DNA of 64,000 bases from an uncultured Actinomycetes bacterium (GTDB lineage Bacteria > Actinomycetota > Thermoleophilia > UBA2241), in contig CAVYCN010000002.1 of the NCBI GenBank assembly GCA_963767005.1, positions 192,001 through 256,000 on the forward strand, given 5' to 3'. How positions within the stretch are numbered: position 1 is the stretch's first letter; each line of letters starts with the position of its first letter. This document shows positions 28,169-37,385 of the stretch, one piece after another. The position numbers and the translations under genes were made by a program. The notes beneath the pieces are model-generated. The model had not been told where the DNA came from and made no database searches. It saw nothing but the letters and a program-made list of their open reading frames with translations.

Positions 28169-29284
28169 GTGCGCGCCACACTGACGATCGACCTCGACAA
28201 GGTGACCGGGAACGCCCGGCGGGTGGTCGACGCGCTCGGTGGCCTGCACGTCGTCGGGGTGACCAAGGTGACCTGCGGCAGCCCCGAGGTGGGGCGTGCC
28301 CTGCTCGCCGGCGGCGCGCAGGCGCTCGGCGAATCGCGGCTCGAGAACGCCGCGCGCCTGCGCGCCGCCGGCATCGACGCGCCCATCTGGCTTCTGCGCG
28401 CCCCCGCCCCCGGTCTGGCCGCCGACGCCGTGCGCCTGACCGACGTCTCGCTCGAAAGCGAGCTCGAGACGGTCCTCGCCCTCGACCGCGCCGCCGGAGC
28501 CCAGGGGCGCCGGCACGGCGTGATCGCCATGGTCGACCTCGGTGACCTGCGCGAGGGCATGCTGCCGGCCGACCTGCCGGCCTTCGCTGACGCCGTCGAG
28601 CGGCTCGACCACGTCGAGCTCGCCGGCGTCGGCGTCAACCTCACCTGCTACGGCGCGATCTGTCCGACGCCGCAGAACCTCGGCGAGCTCGCCGACCTCG
28701 CCGCCGCGACCGAGCGCCGTCTCGGCCGCCGCCTGTCGTTCGTGTCGGGCGGCAACTCAGGCAGCATCGGCCTCGTGACCGCCGGCGGCATGCCGGCCGC
28801 GATCACCAGCCTGCGCGTCGGCGAGACGATCCTGCTCGGGGTCGACACGCTCACGCGGGAGCCCACCCTGGGGCTGCAGCTCGACGCCTTCGTCGTGCGG
28901 GCGCCGGTGATCGAGTGCAAGGTCAAACCCAGCATGCCGGTCGGCGACATCGCCCAGGACGCCTTCGGCAACCGTCCCACGTTCGTCGACCGCGGGGACC
29001 GGCGGCGCGCCATCTGCGCGCTCGGCCGCCAGGACGTCGTGCCCGACGGCCTCGTGCCGCTCGACCCCCGCGTCGAGGTGCTGGGCGCCTCGAGCGACCA
29101 CCTCATCCTCGACGTCGACGCGCTCGAGCCGGCGCCGCGCCTGGGCGACACGCTCGCCTTCGTGCCGGGCTACGGGGCCACACTGGCTCTCTGCACATCG
29201 CCGTACGTCGACCTCGCCTTCACCACCTCCGCCGGCCTGACACCCAAGATCGTGGCGCGGAGCACCCCGACCAGCAAGGAGTGA
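28169..29284 (+). CDS. orr: Ornithine racemase (alanine-racemase fold, PLP)
   Basis: GVTKVTCG PLP lysine, DLGDLREG, NLTCYG, SGGNSG, GASSDHL; ornithine pathway nearby. Confidence 0.8.
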   Translation: MRATLTIDLDKVTGNARRVVDALGGLHVVGVTKVTCGSPEVGRALLAGGAQALGESRLENAARLRAAGIDAPIWLLRAPAPGLAADAVRLTDVSLESELETVLALDRAAGAQGRRHGVIAMVDLGDLREGMLPADLPAFADAVERLDHVELAGVGVNLTCYGAICPTPQNLGELADLAAATERRLGRRLSFVSGGNSGSIGLVTAGGMPAAITSLRVGETILLGVDTLTREPTLGLQLDAFVVRAPVIECKVKPSMPVGDIAQDAFGNRPTFVDRGDRRRAICALGRQDVVPDGLVPLDPRVEVLGASSDHLILDVDALEPAPRLGDTLAFVPGYGATLALCTSPYVDLAFTTSAGLTPKIVARSTPTSKE

Positions 29285-29286
29285 GC

Positions 29287-30648
29287 ATGGCCGAACCGAC
29301 CAAGGTCCTCATCATGGGAGCCGCGGGCCGCGACTTCCACAACTTCAACTGCTACTTTCGCGACAACGAGCGCTACCGCGTCGTGGCCTTCACCGCCACC
29401 CAGATCCCCTACATCAACGACCGCAAGTACCCGGCCGAGCTCGCCGGAAAGCTCTATCCGGACGGCATCCCGATCCACGACGAGTCCGAGATGCCCGCGC
29501 TCGTCAAGCGCCACGGCGTCGAGCAGGTCGTCTTTGCCTACTCCGACGTGCGCTACGAGTACCTCATGCACCGCTCGGCCCTGGTCAACGCCCTGGGCTG
29601 CGACTTTCGCCTCATGGGCCCCGACCACACCATGGTCAAGTCGACCAAGCCGGTGATCGCCGTCTGCGCCGTGCGTACCGGCGCCGGCAAGAGCCAGACC
29701 ACCCGCAAGATCCAGACCATGCTGCGCGAGGCCGGCAAGAAGGTCGTGTCGATCCGTCACCCCATGCCCTACGGCGACCTCGTCAAGCAGCGCGTGCAGC
29801 GCTACGCCACGGTCGAGGACCTGGCGAAGTACGAGTGCACGATCGAGGAGATGGAAGAGTACGAGCCGCACGTCGTGGCCGGCAATGTGATCTACGCCGG
29901 CGTCGACTACGAGGCGATCGTGCGCGAGGCCGAAAAAGAGGCCGACGTCATTCTCTGGGACGGCGGCAACAACGACTACAGCTTCTACAAGGCCGACCTC
30001 TACATCACTATCGCCGACCCGCATCGCCCCGGCAACGGCCTCGTCTACTACCCCGGCGAGGTCAACCTGCGCCTGGCCGACGTCGTCGTGATGAACAAGA
30101 TCGACACCGCCGACAGGGCCGGCATCGCCGCCGAGCTCGACGCCGTGCGCTCGGTGAACCCGACCGCGCAGATCGTCATGGCCGCCTCGCCCGTCACGGT
30201 CGACAAGCCCGAGCTCGTCAGGGGCAAGCGCGTGCTCGTGGTCGAGGACGGCCCCACGCTCACCCACGGCGAGATGAAGTACGGCGCCGGCATGGTGGCC
30301 GCCCAGCAGCTCGGCGCCGCCGAGTACATCGACCCGCGGCCCTTCGCCACCGGCGAAATCAAGGCGACCTTCGAGAAGTACCCCGGGATCGGCACGCTGC
30401 TGCCGGCCATGGGCTACTCCGAGCAGCAGTTGAAGGACTTAGAGACGACGATCAACGCCTCGGGCGCCGACCTCGTCGTGATCGGCACGCCGATGGACCT
30501 GCGCCGCATCGTGAACATCAAGCTGCCGGCCGTGCAGGTGGGCTACGACCTGCAGGAGATCGGCAGTCCCACGCTCGCCGACGTGCTGCGCGAGCACGGT
30601 TTCCTTGGGGCCGAGCAGCCGCTGGCCGCCGCGCATCACGGCATCTGA
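29287..30648 (+). CDS. cDPGS-like P-loop ATPase; probable arginine synthetase ArcE type
   Basis: MGAAGRDFHNFN, AVRTGAGKSQT, RHPMPYG, WDGGNND, VEDGPTLTHG; sits between orr and OTCase. Confidence 0.75.
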   Translation: MAEPTKVLIMGAAGRDFHNFNCYFRDNERYRVVAFTATQIPYINDRKYPAELAGKLYPDGIPIHDESEMPALVKRHGVEQVVFAYSDVRYEYLMHRSALVNALGCDFRLMGPDHTMVKSTKPVIAVCAVRTGAGKSQTTRKIQTMLREAGKKVVSIRHPMPYGDLVKQRVQRYATVEDLAKYECTIEEMEEYEPHVVAGNVIYAGVDYEAIVREAEKEADVILWDGGNNDYSFYKADLYITIADPHRPGNGLVYYPGEVNLRLADVVVMNKIDTADRAGIAAELDAVRSVNPTAQIVMAASPVTVDKPELVRGKRVLVVEDGPTLTHGEMKYGAGMVAAQQLGAAEYIDPRPFATGEIKATFEKYPGIGTLLPAMGYSEQQLKDLETTINASGADLVVIGTPMDLRRIVNIKLPAVQVGYDLQEIGSPTLADVLREHGFLGAEQPLAAAHHGI

Positions 30649-30742
30649 TAGCATCGCCCGCACGCCGTTTCGTCGGGGGCGGGCCGCCGCAGGCGGCCCG
30701 CCCCCGCGGCGACCAGACCAAAAACGAGCCCAAGGAGGCCTC

Positions 30743-31702
30743 ATGAGCGCGTTGCAGGACCGCGTCACCGACCTGGGCCTCGCCGGCCGCGACTTCCTCA
30801 CGATCCACGAGTACAGCCCGGTCGAGATCGGCGCCCTGCTCGACCTGGCCGTCGAGCTCAAGGCGAGCAACAAGGCCGGGCGCGACGAGCCGCTGCTGGC
30901 CGGCAAGGCCGTCGGCATGATCTTCACCAAGACCTCGACCCGCACGCGCATCTCGTTCGAGGTCGGCATCCACCAGCTCGGCGGCCAGCCGCTGTTCCTG
31001 AACGCCGGCGACATCCAGCTTCGCGTCGGCGAGACCATAAAGGACACCGGCCACGTGCTGTCGCGCTACCTCGGCGGCATCATGATCCGCACGTTCGCTC
31101 ATGCCGACGTGGTCGACCTCGCGGCGAGCGCGGAGGTGCCGGTGATCAACGGCCTGACCGATGCGCACCATCCCTGCCAGGCGATGGCCGACGCGCTGAC
31201 GGTGAGGGAGCACTGCGGCGGCCTCGCGGGGCGCACCATCGTGTACTCGGGCGACGGCAACAACGTGGCGCACTCGCTGATCGAGGTGGGCGCCAAGACC
31301 GGCATGCGTGTCGTGGTCTGCACGCCCGACGATTACCGTCCCGACCCCACGATCGTCGCCCGGGCGCGCGCCGACGCCGCCGAGACGGGCGCCACGATCG
31401 AGCTCACGAGCGACCTGCGCGCGGCCGTGCGCGGCGCCGATGTGATCTACACCGACACCTTCACGAGCATGGGCCAGGAGGCCGAGCACGACGTGCGGCT
31501 GGCCGCCCTGTCGTCGTACCAGGTCAACGACGAGCTGCTCGCGCTGGCCGGGCCGCAGTGCCACGTCATGCACTGCCTGCCGGCCCACTGGGGCGAGGAG
31601 ATCACCGAGGCCGCGCTCTACAGCTCGCAGTCGGTGGTCTTCGACCAGGCCGAGAACCGCCTGCACGCCCAGAAGGCGATCATGGCGGCGCTGATGGTCT
31701 GA
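30743..31702 (+). CDS. argF: Ornithine carbamoyltransferase (possibly catabolic)
   Basis: STRTRISF, HPCQ, HCLP, DQAENRLH; AAGGAGG RBS. Confidence 0.92.
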   Translation: MSALQDRVTDLGLAGRDFLTIHEYSPVEIGALLDLAVELKASNKAGRDEPLLAGKAVGMIFTKTSTRTRISFEVGIHQLGGQPLFLNAGDIQLRVGETIKDTGHVLSRYLGGIMIRTFAHADVVDLAASAEVPVINGLTDAHHPCQAMADALTVREHCGGLAGRTIVYSGDGNNVAHSLIEVGAKTGMRVVVCTPDDYRPDPTIVARARADAAETGATIELTSDLRAAVRGADVIYTDTFTSMGQEAEHDVRLAALSSYQVNDELLALAGPQCHVMHCLPAHWGEEITEAALYSSQSVVFDQAENRLHAQKAIMAALMV

Positions 31703-31726
31703 CCCGGCCGGGGTCTTTGGGGGGAC

Positions 31727-31773
31727 ACGGCGGGGGCGGCCGGCGGCGTACGTCCGCCGGCCGCCCCCGCCGT
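31727..31773. terminator. Long GC hairpin between convergent genes
   Basis: acggcgggggcggccggcgg..ccgccggccgcccccgccgt. Confidence 0.7.
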
Positions 31774-31789
31774 CGTGTCAGACGAGGTC

Positions 31790-33304
31790 TCAGCGCCAGC
31801 TCGTGAACCAGGCGAGGTGCGCGTAGTAGGCGTAGGGGGCCGCCTGCGAGACGATGAACGGCAGCCAGGCCACGGCCAGGCCGACCACCGCGCCCACGTA
31901 GACCCAGGCGGCGAGGGCCGGCAGGCGCATGCCGGCGGCGGCACGATTGCGGCCGGCGAGGGTGGCCGCCGCGACGACGGCGACAAGGACGGCGAGCGCC
32001 GCCAGGCGCAGCGGGGCGCCGCCGCCGGCGGCGAGGGCGACGAGTACGGCGCCGGCCAGGGCGCACAGGGCGGCGCGGCCGCGCGGCAGCGGCCGGTCGG
32101 CTACGAGGCGCGCGAGCGCGCCGGCCACCAGGATCGCGAGGAACGGGATCGCCGGCGTGAGGTAGTAGATGTAGGACTGGCGGCTCGTGGCCAGCCAGGG
32201 CAGGTAGAGGCAGGCGGCGAGCAGCGCGGGGGCGGTGCCGGCGAGGTCGCGCCGGCGGGCCGCGAGCCAGACCACGGCGACGAGGGCGACGATCGAACCC
32301 CAAAGCAGCAGCGGGTTGCCGATCGCGACGAGACCGACGACGTCGCCGTGCGGCGCGAGCGCCCAGCGATACCAGATCGGCGTCGCGTCGAAGATCCAGG
32401 TGAGCGGTCGCGAGGCCATGGTCGAGACGCCCTGCACGTTCCAGTTGAAGGTCGCCATGTAGCGCTGCAGGTGGAGCCACTGGCCGAGCGTGTGGCCGCT
32501 TGCGAAGTAGTCGGCATAGCTTGCCACGTAGACGGCGAGCGGCAGGACGACGAGGCACGCGAGGGCGGCCGCGGCGCGGCCTGCCGCGCCGCCGGCGACT
32601 TCGCCTGCCGGCCGCGCCCGCCGCTCGCGCACCACGGCCACGGCCACGATGCCGGCCGCGGCCACGAGGGCGAACAGGCCGGACCATTTGCTGGCGACCG
32701 CGCAGCCGCCGGCGAGTCCGGTGAGCACGAGCCAGCGCGCCGGACGTCTTGGGCTGCCCGACTGCACGAAGCGCAGAGCGCAGTAGATGCAGACGGCCGA
32801 CCAGAGGGCGACGAAGGGGTCGAGCACGCCGATGCGCGACTCGGTCATCAGCATAGTGTCGGCCGCGGCGAGCACGAGGGCCACGAAGGCCCAGCGCGGC
32901 GCCAGGCCGAGGCGGCGGGCGAGCGGGTAGACGAGCGCGATCAGCAGCGTCCCGGCGATGGCCGCCGGCACGCGCCAGCCCCAGGGGCCGTCGCCCAGGA
33001 CCTCGACGCCGGCGGCGATCGCCAGCGTGCCGAGCTCCGGGTGGGCGAGCGAGCGGGCCGCGCCCGGCTTCCAGGGCGCCGATCCGCGCGGTCCGAGGCC
33101 GCCGTGCACGATCACGCCGGCGTCGTGTGCGTAGTAGTGCTCGTCGAAGACGTAGGTGCGGTAGACGCCGAGGTTCACAAAACGCACGGCGGCCGAGAGG
33201 GCGACGACGACGAGCACGCCCGCGAGCAGGGCGCGCGCCGACGGCGCGCGCCCGCGCGGCGCGGCCGCCGGCGTCAGGCGGACGGGGGCCGCGGGCTCGG
33301 TCAT
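31790..33304 (-). CDS. Protein O-mannosyltransferase (GT-C/PMT family), paralog 2
   Basis: VFDEHYY, HPELG, GWR, KWSG, GNPLLLWG; ATG overlaps the stop of paralog 1. Confidence 0.85.
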   Translation of the reverse strand: MTEPAAPVRLTPAAAPRGRAPSARALLAGVLVVVALSAAVRFVNLGVYRTYVFDEHYYAHDAGVIVHGGLGPRGSAPWKPGAARSLAHPELGTLAIAAGVEVLGDGPWGWRVPAAIAGTLLIALVYPLARRLGLAPRWAFVALVLAAADTMLMTESRIGVLDPFVALWSAVCIYCALRFVQSGSPRRPARWLVLTGLAGGCAVASKWSGLFALVAAAGIVAVAVVRERRARPAGEVAGGAAGRAAAALACLVVLPLAVYVASYADYFASGHTLGQWLHLQRYMATFNWNVQGVSTMASRPLTWIFDATPIWYRWALAPHGDVVGLVAIGNPLLLWGSIVALVAVVWLAARRRDLAGTAPALLAACLYLPWLATSRQSYIYYLTPAIPFLAILVAGALARLVADRPLPRGRAALCALAGAVLVALAAGGGAPLRLAALAVLVAVVAAATLAGRNRAAAGMRLPALAAWVYVGAVVGLAVAWLPFIVSQAAPYAYYAHLAWFTSWR

Positions 33305-35022
33305 CAGATCCAGTTGCGGAACCACATGAGGTGGTAGAAGTGGGGGATCGCGATCGGCAGGTCGATGAGGATCGGCAGGAACGCGAGGCAGACGCCGGTG
33401 ACGGCGCCGGCGTAGACCCACGTGACGTAGGGCCACAGGCGTTTGGCCGGCGCCCAGAAGAACAGGCCGAGGGTGACGAGCACCGCCACGGTGATGCCGA
33501 CGGCCAGGGTCACGCGGGCGAGGTCGACCGAGAGGATGGCGGGGTCGCGCCAGAACAGCCAGTCGGCGGCCACGCCGATCTGGTACCAGAACAGCGCGAC
33601 GACCACGCAGGCGGCCGCGTAGCAGGCGGCCGCGAGCTGCCAGCGCGGCACGCGGCTCGCGGCGAGTTCGCGAAGCATGGCGGCCACGGCGAGGGCCATG
33701 AACGGCGCGACCGGCGTCATGTAGTACATGAACGACGTGCGGGTCGTGCGCAGCCAGGGCAGGTAGAGCAGGGCTACCATGATCGGCAGTACGGCGAGCT
33801 CGCGGTCGCGGCGGCGCACGGCGAGCACGACGAGGCCGACCAGGGCGGCGATGGAACCCCACCAGAGCAGCGGGTTGCCGATCGAGATGATGCCGTGCAC
33901 GCGCCCACCGATCTGCTCGTAGTAGTACCAGACGGGGCGGTAGTCGAAGATCCAGGTGTAGGCGCGCGAGGCGTAGGTGTGGGTGGCGTGGAGGCTCTCG
34001 TTGAACCACCACATCTCCTGCTGGAGCTGCCACCACTGCGAGAGCGTGTGGTGGCCGACGGCGAAGTAGTCGACGTAGCTGGCGAAGTAGAGGCCGGCTG
34101 GCAGGGCGACCAGCGACAGCGACGGCAGGCGCACCTCGGGCACGCCGACCTCGAGCGTCACGACGCCGGCGGCCGCGAGGGCGATCGCGAGCGAGACGTG
34201 CGGCAGGAGCCCGGGAGCGCGGATGCCGAGCGCGGTGAACGCGCCGCCGGCGACCACCAGGCCCACACCGGCGGCGAGCCAGGGCCAGCGCCGCCAGGCC
34301 GCGTCGGGCCGGCGCCGGTGCAGCAGGATGTAGGCGGCCGCCGCGGCGATCGCGAAGGCGCCCGACCACTTGGTGCCGAGCGCGAGGCCGCCGGCGAGGC
34401 CGCACAGCACGAGCCAGCGGGTGCGGTGCCCGCTTTGCACATAACGCAGCGCCAGGTAGACGCAGAGCACCGACCAGAAGGCGACGAAGATGTCGAGCGT
34501 GGCGATGCGCGACTGCACGATGCCGAGAAAGTCGGAGGCGGCCAGCACGAGGCCGAGCAGCGCCCAGACGGGCGGCAAGCCGAGGCGTCGGCCGATGGGG
34601 TAGACGAGGCAGAGGAGCAGCGTACCGACGATCGCCGCGACGATGCGCCAGCCGAAGGAGTGGTAGCCGAAGGCGGCCTCGCCGGCGGCGATCGCGTACT
34701 TGCCGTACTCGGGGTGCGGCCACGAGATCTCCTTGCCGGGCTCCCAGGGGTAGACGGCGGTGCCGGCGAGCGCGCCCTGCAGGATCGCGTGGGCGTCCTT
34801 GGCGTAGTAGACCTCGTCGAAGACGAGCGTGGCCGGTCGCTGGAGCTCGTACAGGCGCACCGTCGCCGACGCGATGAGGACGAGCAGGACCAGGACGACG
34901 ATCACGCCGGGGGCGCGGTCGGGACGGCGCGGCCCGTCTTCGGGAGGAGGGTCGGCGACCCGGTCGGCGACCTTTCGGGGACGCCTGGTGGGCCTGCTGC
35001 GCGGCTCTCGGGTCTTGACCAT
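33304..35022 (-). CDS. Protein O-mannosyltransferase (GT-C/PMT family), paralog 1
   Basis: VFDEVYY, HPEYGK, GWR, SRIATLD, KWSG, GNPLLWWG; TATAAT 7 nt before ATG 35022 suggests leaderless start. Confidence 0.87.
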   Translation of the reverse strand: MVKTREPRSRPTRRPRKVADRVADPPPEDGPRRPDRAPGVIVVLVLLVLIASATVRLYELQRPATLVFDEVYYAKDAHAILQGALAGTAVYPWEPGKEISWPHPEYGKYAIAAGEAAFGYHSFGWRIVAAIVGTLLLCLVYPIGRRLGLPPVWALLGLVLAASDFLGIVQSRIATLDIFVAFWSVLCVYLALRYVQSGHRTRWLVLCGLAGGLALGTKWSGAFAIAAAAAYILLHRRRPDAAWRRWPWLAAGVGLVVAGGAFTALGIRAPGLLPHVSLAIALAAAGVVTLEVGVPEVRLPSLSLVALPAGLYFASYVDYFAVGHHTLSQWWQLQQEMWWFNESLHATHTYASRAYTWIFDYRPVWYYYEQIGGRVHGIISIGNPLLWWGSIAALVGLVVLAVRRRDRELAVLPIMVALLYLPWLRTTRTSFMYYMTPVAPFMALAVAAMLRELAASRVPRWQLAAACYAAACVVVALFWYQIGVAADWLFWRDPAILSVDLARVTLAVGITVAVLVTLGLFFWAPAKRLWPYVTWVYAGAVTGVCLAFLPILIDLPIAIPHFYHLMWFRNWI

Positions 35023-35033
35023 TCGCGACATTA

Positions 35034-35089
35034 TAGTGCCGGCGAGCGACTTCGTCGTCGCCGCTCAGGCAAGCGTGACTGCGTCGGGC
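35034..35089 (+). repeat. Dispersed ~55-bp intergenic repeat, copy 1
   Basis: tagtgccggcgagcgacttcgtcgtcgccgctcaggcaagcgtgactgcgtcgggc; similar to 53824 and 57221. Confidence 0.7.
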
Positions 35090-35098
35090 GCGGTCGGC

Positions 35099-35695
35099 TC
35101 AGGCGCCGTCGGCCCGTTCGCGGGCCGGCTGTCGCGGTCCCGCTGCGGGCGCCGCCAGGGCGGCGCCGGCGCCGCGCATGCCGGCCGCGATCAGCCAGGC
35201 CAGGCCGACGGCGATCAGCAGGTCGCCCGGACTGAAGACGTTGGCGAGCGGCACGGCGTGAGGCAGGGCGAAGACGTCGCCGAGGAAGCCGAGATGCGTG
35301 GCCGCGCCGGCGACCTCGGAGTTGTTGTGGTGCCCGGTCGCCTCGACCAGGCCGGCGAGGCGCAGGGCGGCCCGGCTGGCCGGCATGTAGCCGCCGTTCA
35401 CGACGATCGTCACGGCGTTGCTGATGACCCCGGCGCCAAAGCAGACGACTGGCCGGCGGCGGATGTTCGCGGCCACGAAGGTCAGCAGGAGCGCATACGA
35501 GGCGAGGTGGAGCGCGATGATCGCGGCCCCCGGGAGGCGTTCGCCGAGCGGCGAGAAGGCGACGAGCTGCAGGGCCAGGGCGAGCACGACGAGCGCTGCG
35601 AGGCGCAGCGAGAGCCGCTCGAGGTTGCCGAGCGAGCCGCCGAGCAGCGTGCCGGCGAGCAGGCCGCCGACGACGGCTACGACGAGGACGAACAC
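35099..35695 (-). CDS. DUF5317-like membrane protein; putative signal-peptidase-II-like aspartic peptidase
   Basis: GTG start overlaps the HD-GYP stop; several TM helices; GVISN, NGGYMP, LGD and VFSPGDLLIAVG motifs. Confidence 0.72.
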   Translation of the reverse strand: MFVLVVAVVGGLLAGTLLGGSLGNLERLSLRLAALVVLALALQLVAFSPLGERLPGAAIIALHLASYALLLTFVAANIRRRPVVCFGAGVISNAVTIVVNGGYMPASRAALRLAGLVEATGHHNNSEVAGAATHLGFLGDVFALPHAVPLANVFSPGDLLIAVGLAWLIAAGMRGAGAALAAPAAGPRQPARERADGA

Positions 35696-36996
35696 GACTC
35701 GCGCGGGGTCGAAGGCAGCGCCACGAGACGGGGCTTGGCCGGGTTGCGCCAGCAGCCGATGAAGGCGTCGACGAGATCGGGGTCGAACTGGCGCCCGGCG
35801 CCGCGGCGCAGCTCGGCGAGCGCGATCTCCGACGACAGGGCCGCGCGGTACGGACGATCGGACGTCATGGCGTCGTAGGCGTCGGCGACGGTGATGATGC
35901 GCGCCCCGAGCGGGATCTGCGTGCCGGCCAGGCCGTCGGGGTAGCCACGCCCGTCCCAGCGCTCGTGATGGTGGCGGATGTAGTCGCGCCCCTTGCGGTA
36001 CATGCTGAACTGTCCGGCGAGCTCGCTGCCGTCGGCCGGATGGGCGATGATCGCGCGGCGCTCCTCTTCGGTCAGCGACGCCTGCTTGTAGAGGATGCGG
36101 TTGTCGGTCGCGATCTTGCCGAGGTCGTGCACACGCGCGGCCGAGATGACGAGGTCGATCTCTTTGCGCGGCAGGTCGAGGGCGCGGGCGATCTCGCCGG
36201 CGTACTCGGCCACCCGCAGGGAGTGGGCGTAGGTGTACTCGTCGCGCTTGTCGACGGTGTCGGCGAGCAGGGCGAGGGCGTGGTCGGTCTCGCTCTGCAG
36301 GTTGGCGTAGAGCTTGAACCCCGTGTAGATGACGAGGATCAGGAACGGGAAGTAGAGGATGTTCCAGGGGCTGTCCTGGTAGGCGAAGGCCAGCAGGGCG
36401 CCGAGCGGTGTCATCGACACGTAGAGGATGCCCATCTCGCGGAACGACGCCGTCCATTCGTGGAAGAAGGAGCGGCCCGAGAGCGTGATGATGCCGGCCA
36501 CCAGGGTGTCGTTCACGAGCAGGAAGATGGCCGCCGAGACGACGATCGCGGGCGCGTCGCGGCGCAGATCGACGGGGCCGGACACGGCGAGCAGCCGGTA
36601 GACCACGGCGGCGAGCGCCGAGGTGAGGCAGACCTGGCTGCTGTTGAACAGGACGCGGCTCCAGTGGCGCCGCGAGAGGACGAGGTCGCTGCCCACGACG
36701 CCGCCCATGGCGACGACGCTGGCGAAGGCCGGTCCGTAGAGGATGGTGGCCGCGAAGGCCACGGTGAGTGACAGCGACATGCTGCCCTCGAAGCTCGACG
36801 CGACCGCCCAGCGTTCGCTCGCGATGGCCGCGCCGAGGAGCACGACGAGGTCGGTCCAGTGGTGGCTGGGGAACGTGTGGAAGGTGGCGGCCAGGAGGAG
36901 GGCCGCGCCGGCGGTGACGCCGCCGATGTACGTTGCCACCGCAGGCGACACCCGGGTCGGGGTGGTGGGTGCCGCCTGCGGTGGCTGCTCCGTCAT
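35677..36996 (-). CDS. Membrane-integral sensor HD-GYP cyclic-dinucleotide phosphodiesterase
   Basis: About 7 N-terminal TM helices; HSLRVA, HDLGK, HHERWDGRGYPDGL, ADAYDAMTSDRPYR. Confidence 0.9.
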   Translation of the reverse strand: MTEQPPQAAPTTPTRVSPAVATYIGGVTAGAALLLAATFHTFPSHHWTDLVVLLGAAIASERWAVASSFEGSMSLSLTVAFAATILYGPAFASVVAMGGVVGSDLVLSRRHWSRVLFNSSQVCLTSALAAVVYRLLAVSGPVDLRRDAPAIVVSAAIFLLVNDTLVAGIITLSGRSFFHEWTASFREMGILYVSMTPLGALLAFAYQDSPWNILYFPFLILVIYTGFKLYANLQSETDHALALLADTVDKRDEYTYAHSLRVAEYAGEIARALDLPRKEIDLVISAARVHDLGKIATDNRILYKQASLTEEERRAIIAHPADGSELAGQFSMYRKGRDYIRHHHERWDGRGYPDGLAGTQIPLGARIITVADAYDAMTSDRPYRAALSSEIALAELRRGAGRQFDPDLVDAFIGCWRNPAKPRLVALPSTPRESCSSSS

Positions 36997-37054
36997 GATT
37001 CAGATGTCAGGCTGGCTTGCTGCCTGCGCCGGATCGACGCGTGCTACGCGCGCG

Positions 37055-37147
37055 TCAGTCCCACTTGAGCCAGGCGCCGCTCGTGACGGCGAGCGCCACG
37101 ACCAGGGCCAGCGTGATGACGACTTTGTTCGTGAGGATGCTCTTCAT
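37055..37147 (-). CDS. 30-aa signal-peptide-like precursor MKSILTNKVVITLALVVALAVTSGAWLKWD
   Basis: Translated by hand; RBS GGGAGAGGGAG; GC-rich third codon positions; paralogous to 37194-37289. Confidence 0.8.
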   Translation of the reverse strand: MKSILTNKVVITLALVVALAVTSGAWLKWD

Positions 37148-37193
37148 GTTGGATCTCCCTCTCCCAAGGTGACGAGTCGCGTGCGCCCGAGTG

Positions 37194-37289
37194 TCAGCTC
37201 CACTTCTTGAAGGCGCCGCTCGCGAGCGCGAGTGACACGATCAGCGCCACCATCGCGAGCTTAGGGTAGGTGCCTTTCAGCAACCTCAT
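37194..37289 (-). CDS. 31-aa signal-peptide-like precursor MRLLKGTYPKLAMVALIVSLALASGAFKKWS
   Basis: RBS AAGGGAGG; basic N-region, hydrophobic core, shared SGA[FW]xKW[SD] tail. Confidence 0.8.
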   Translation of the reverse strand: MRLLKGTYPKLAMVALIVSLALASGAFKKWS

Positions 37290-37385
37290 GAGCCCTCCCT
37301 TCGTGCGTCGGTCCCCACCAGACCGGTCGGGCCGTCCGTGACGTTGCCAGGCGTCGTGCGGACGGTCATGTCCGAGTGCTTCTGG

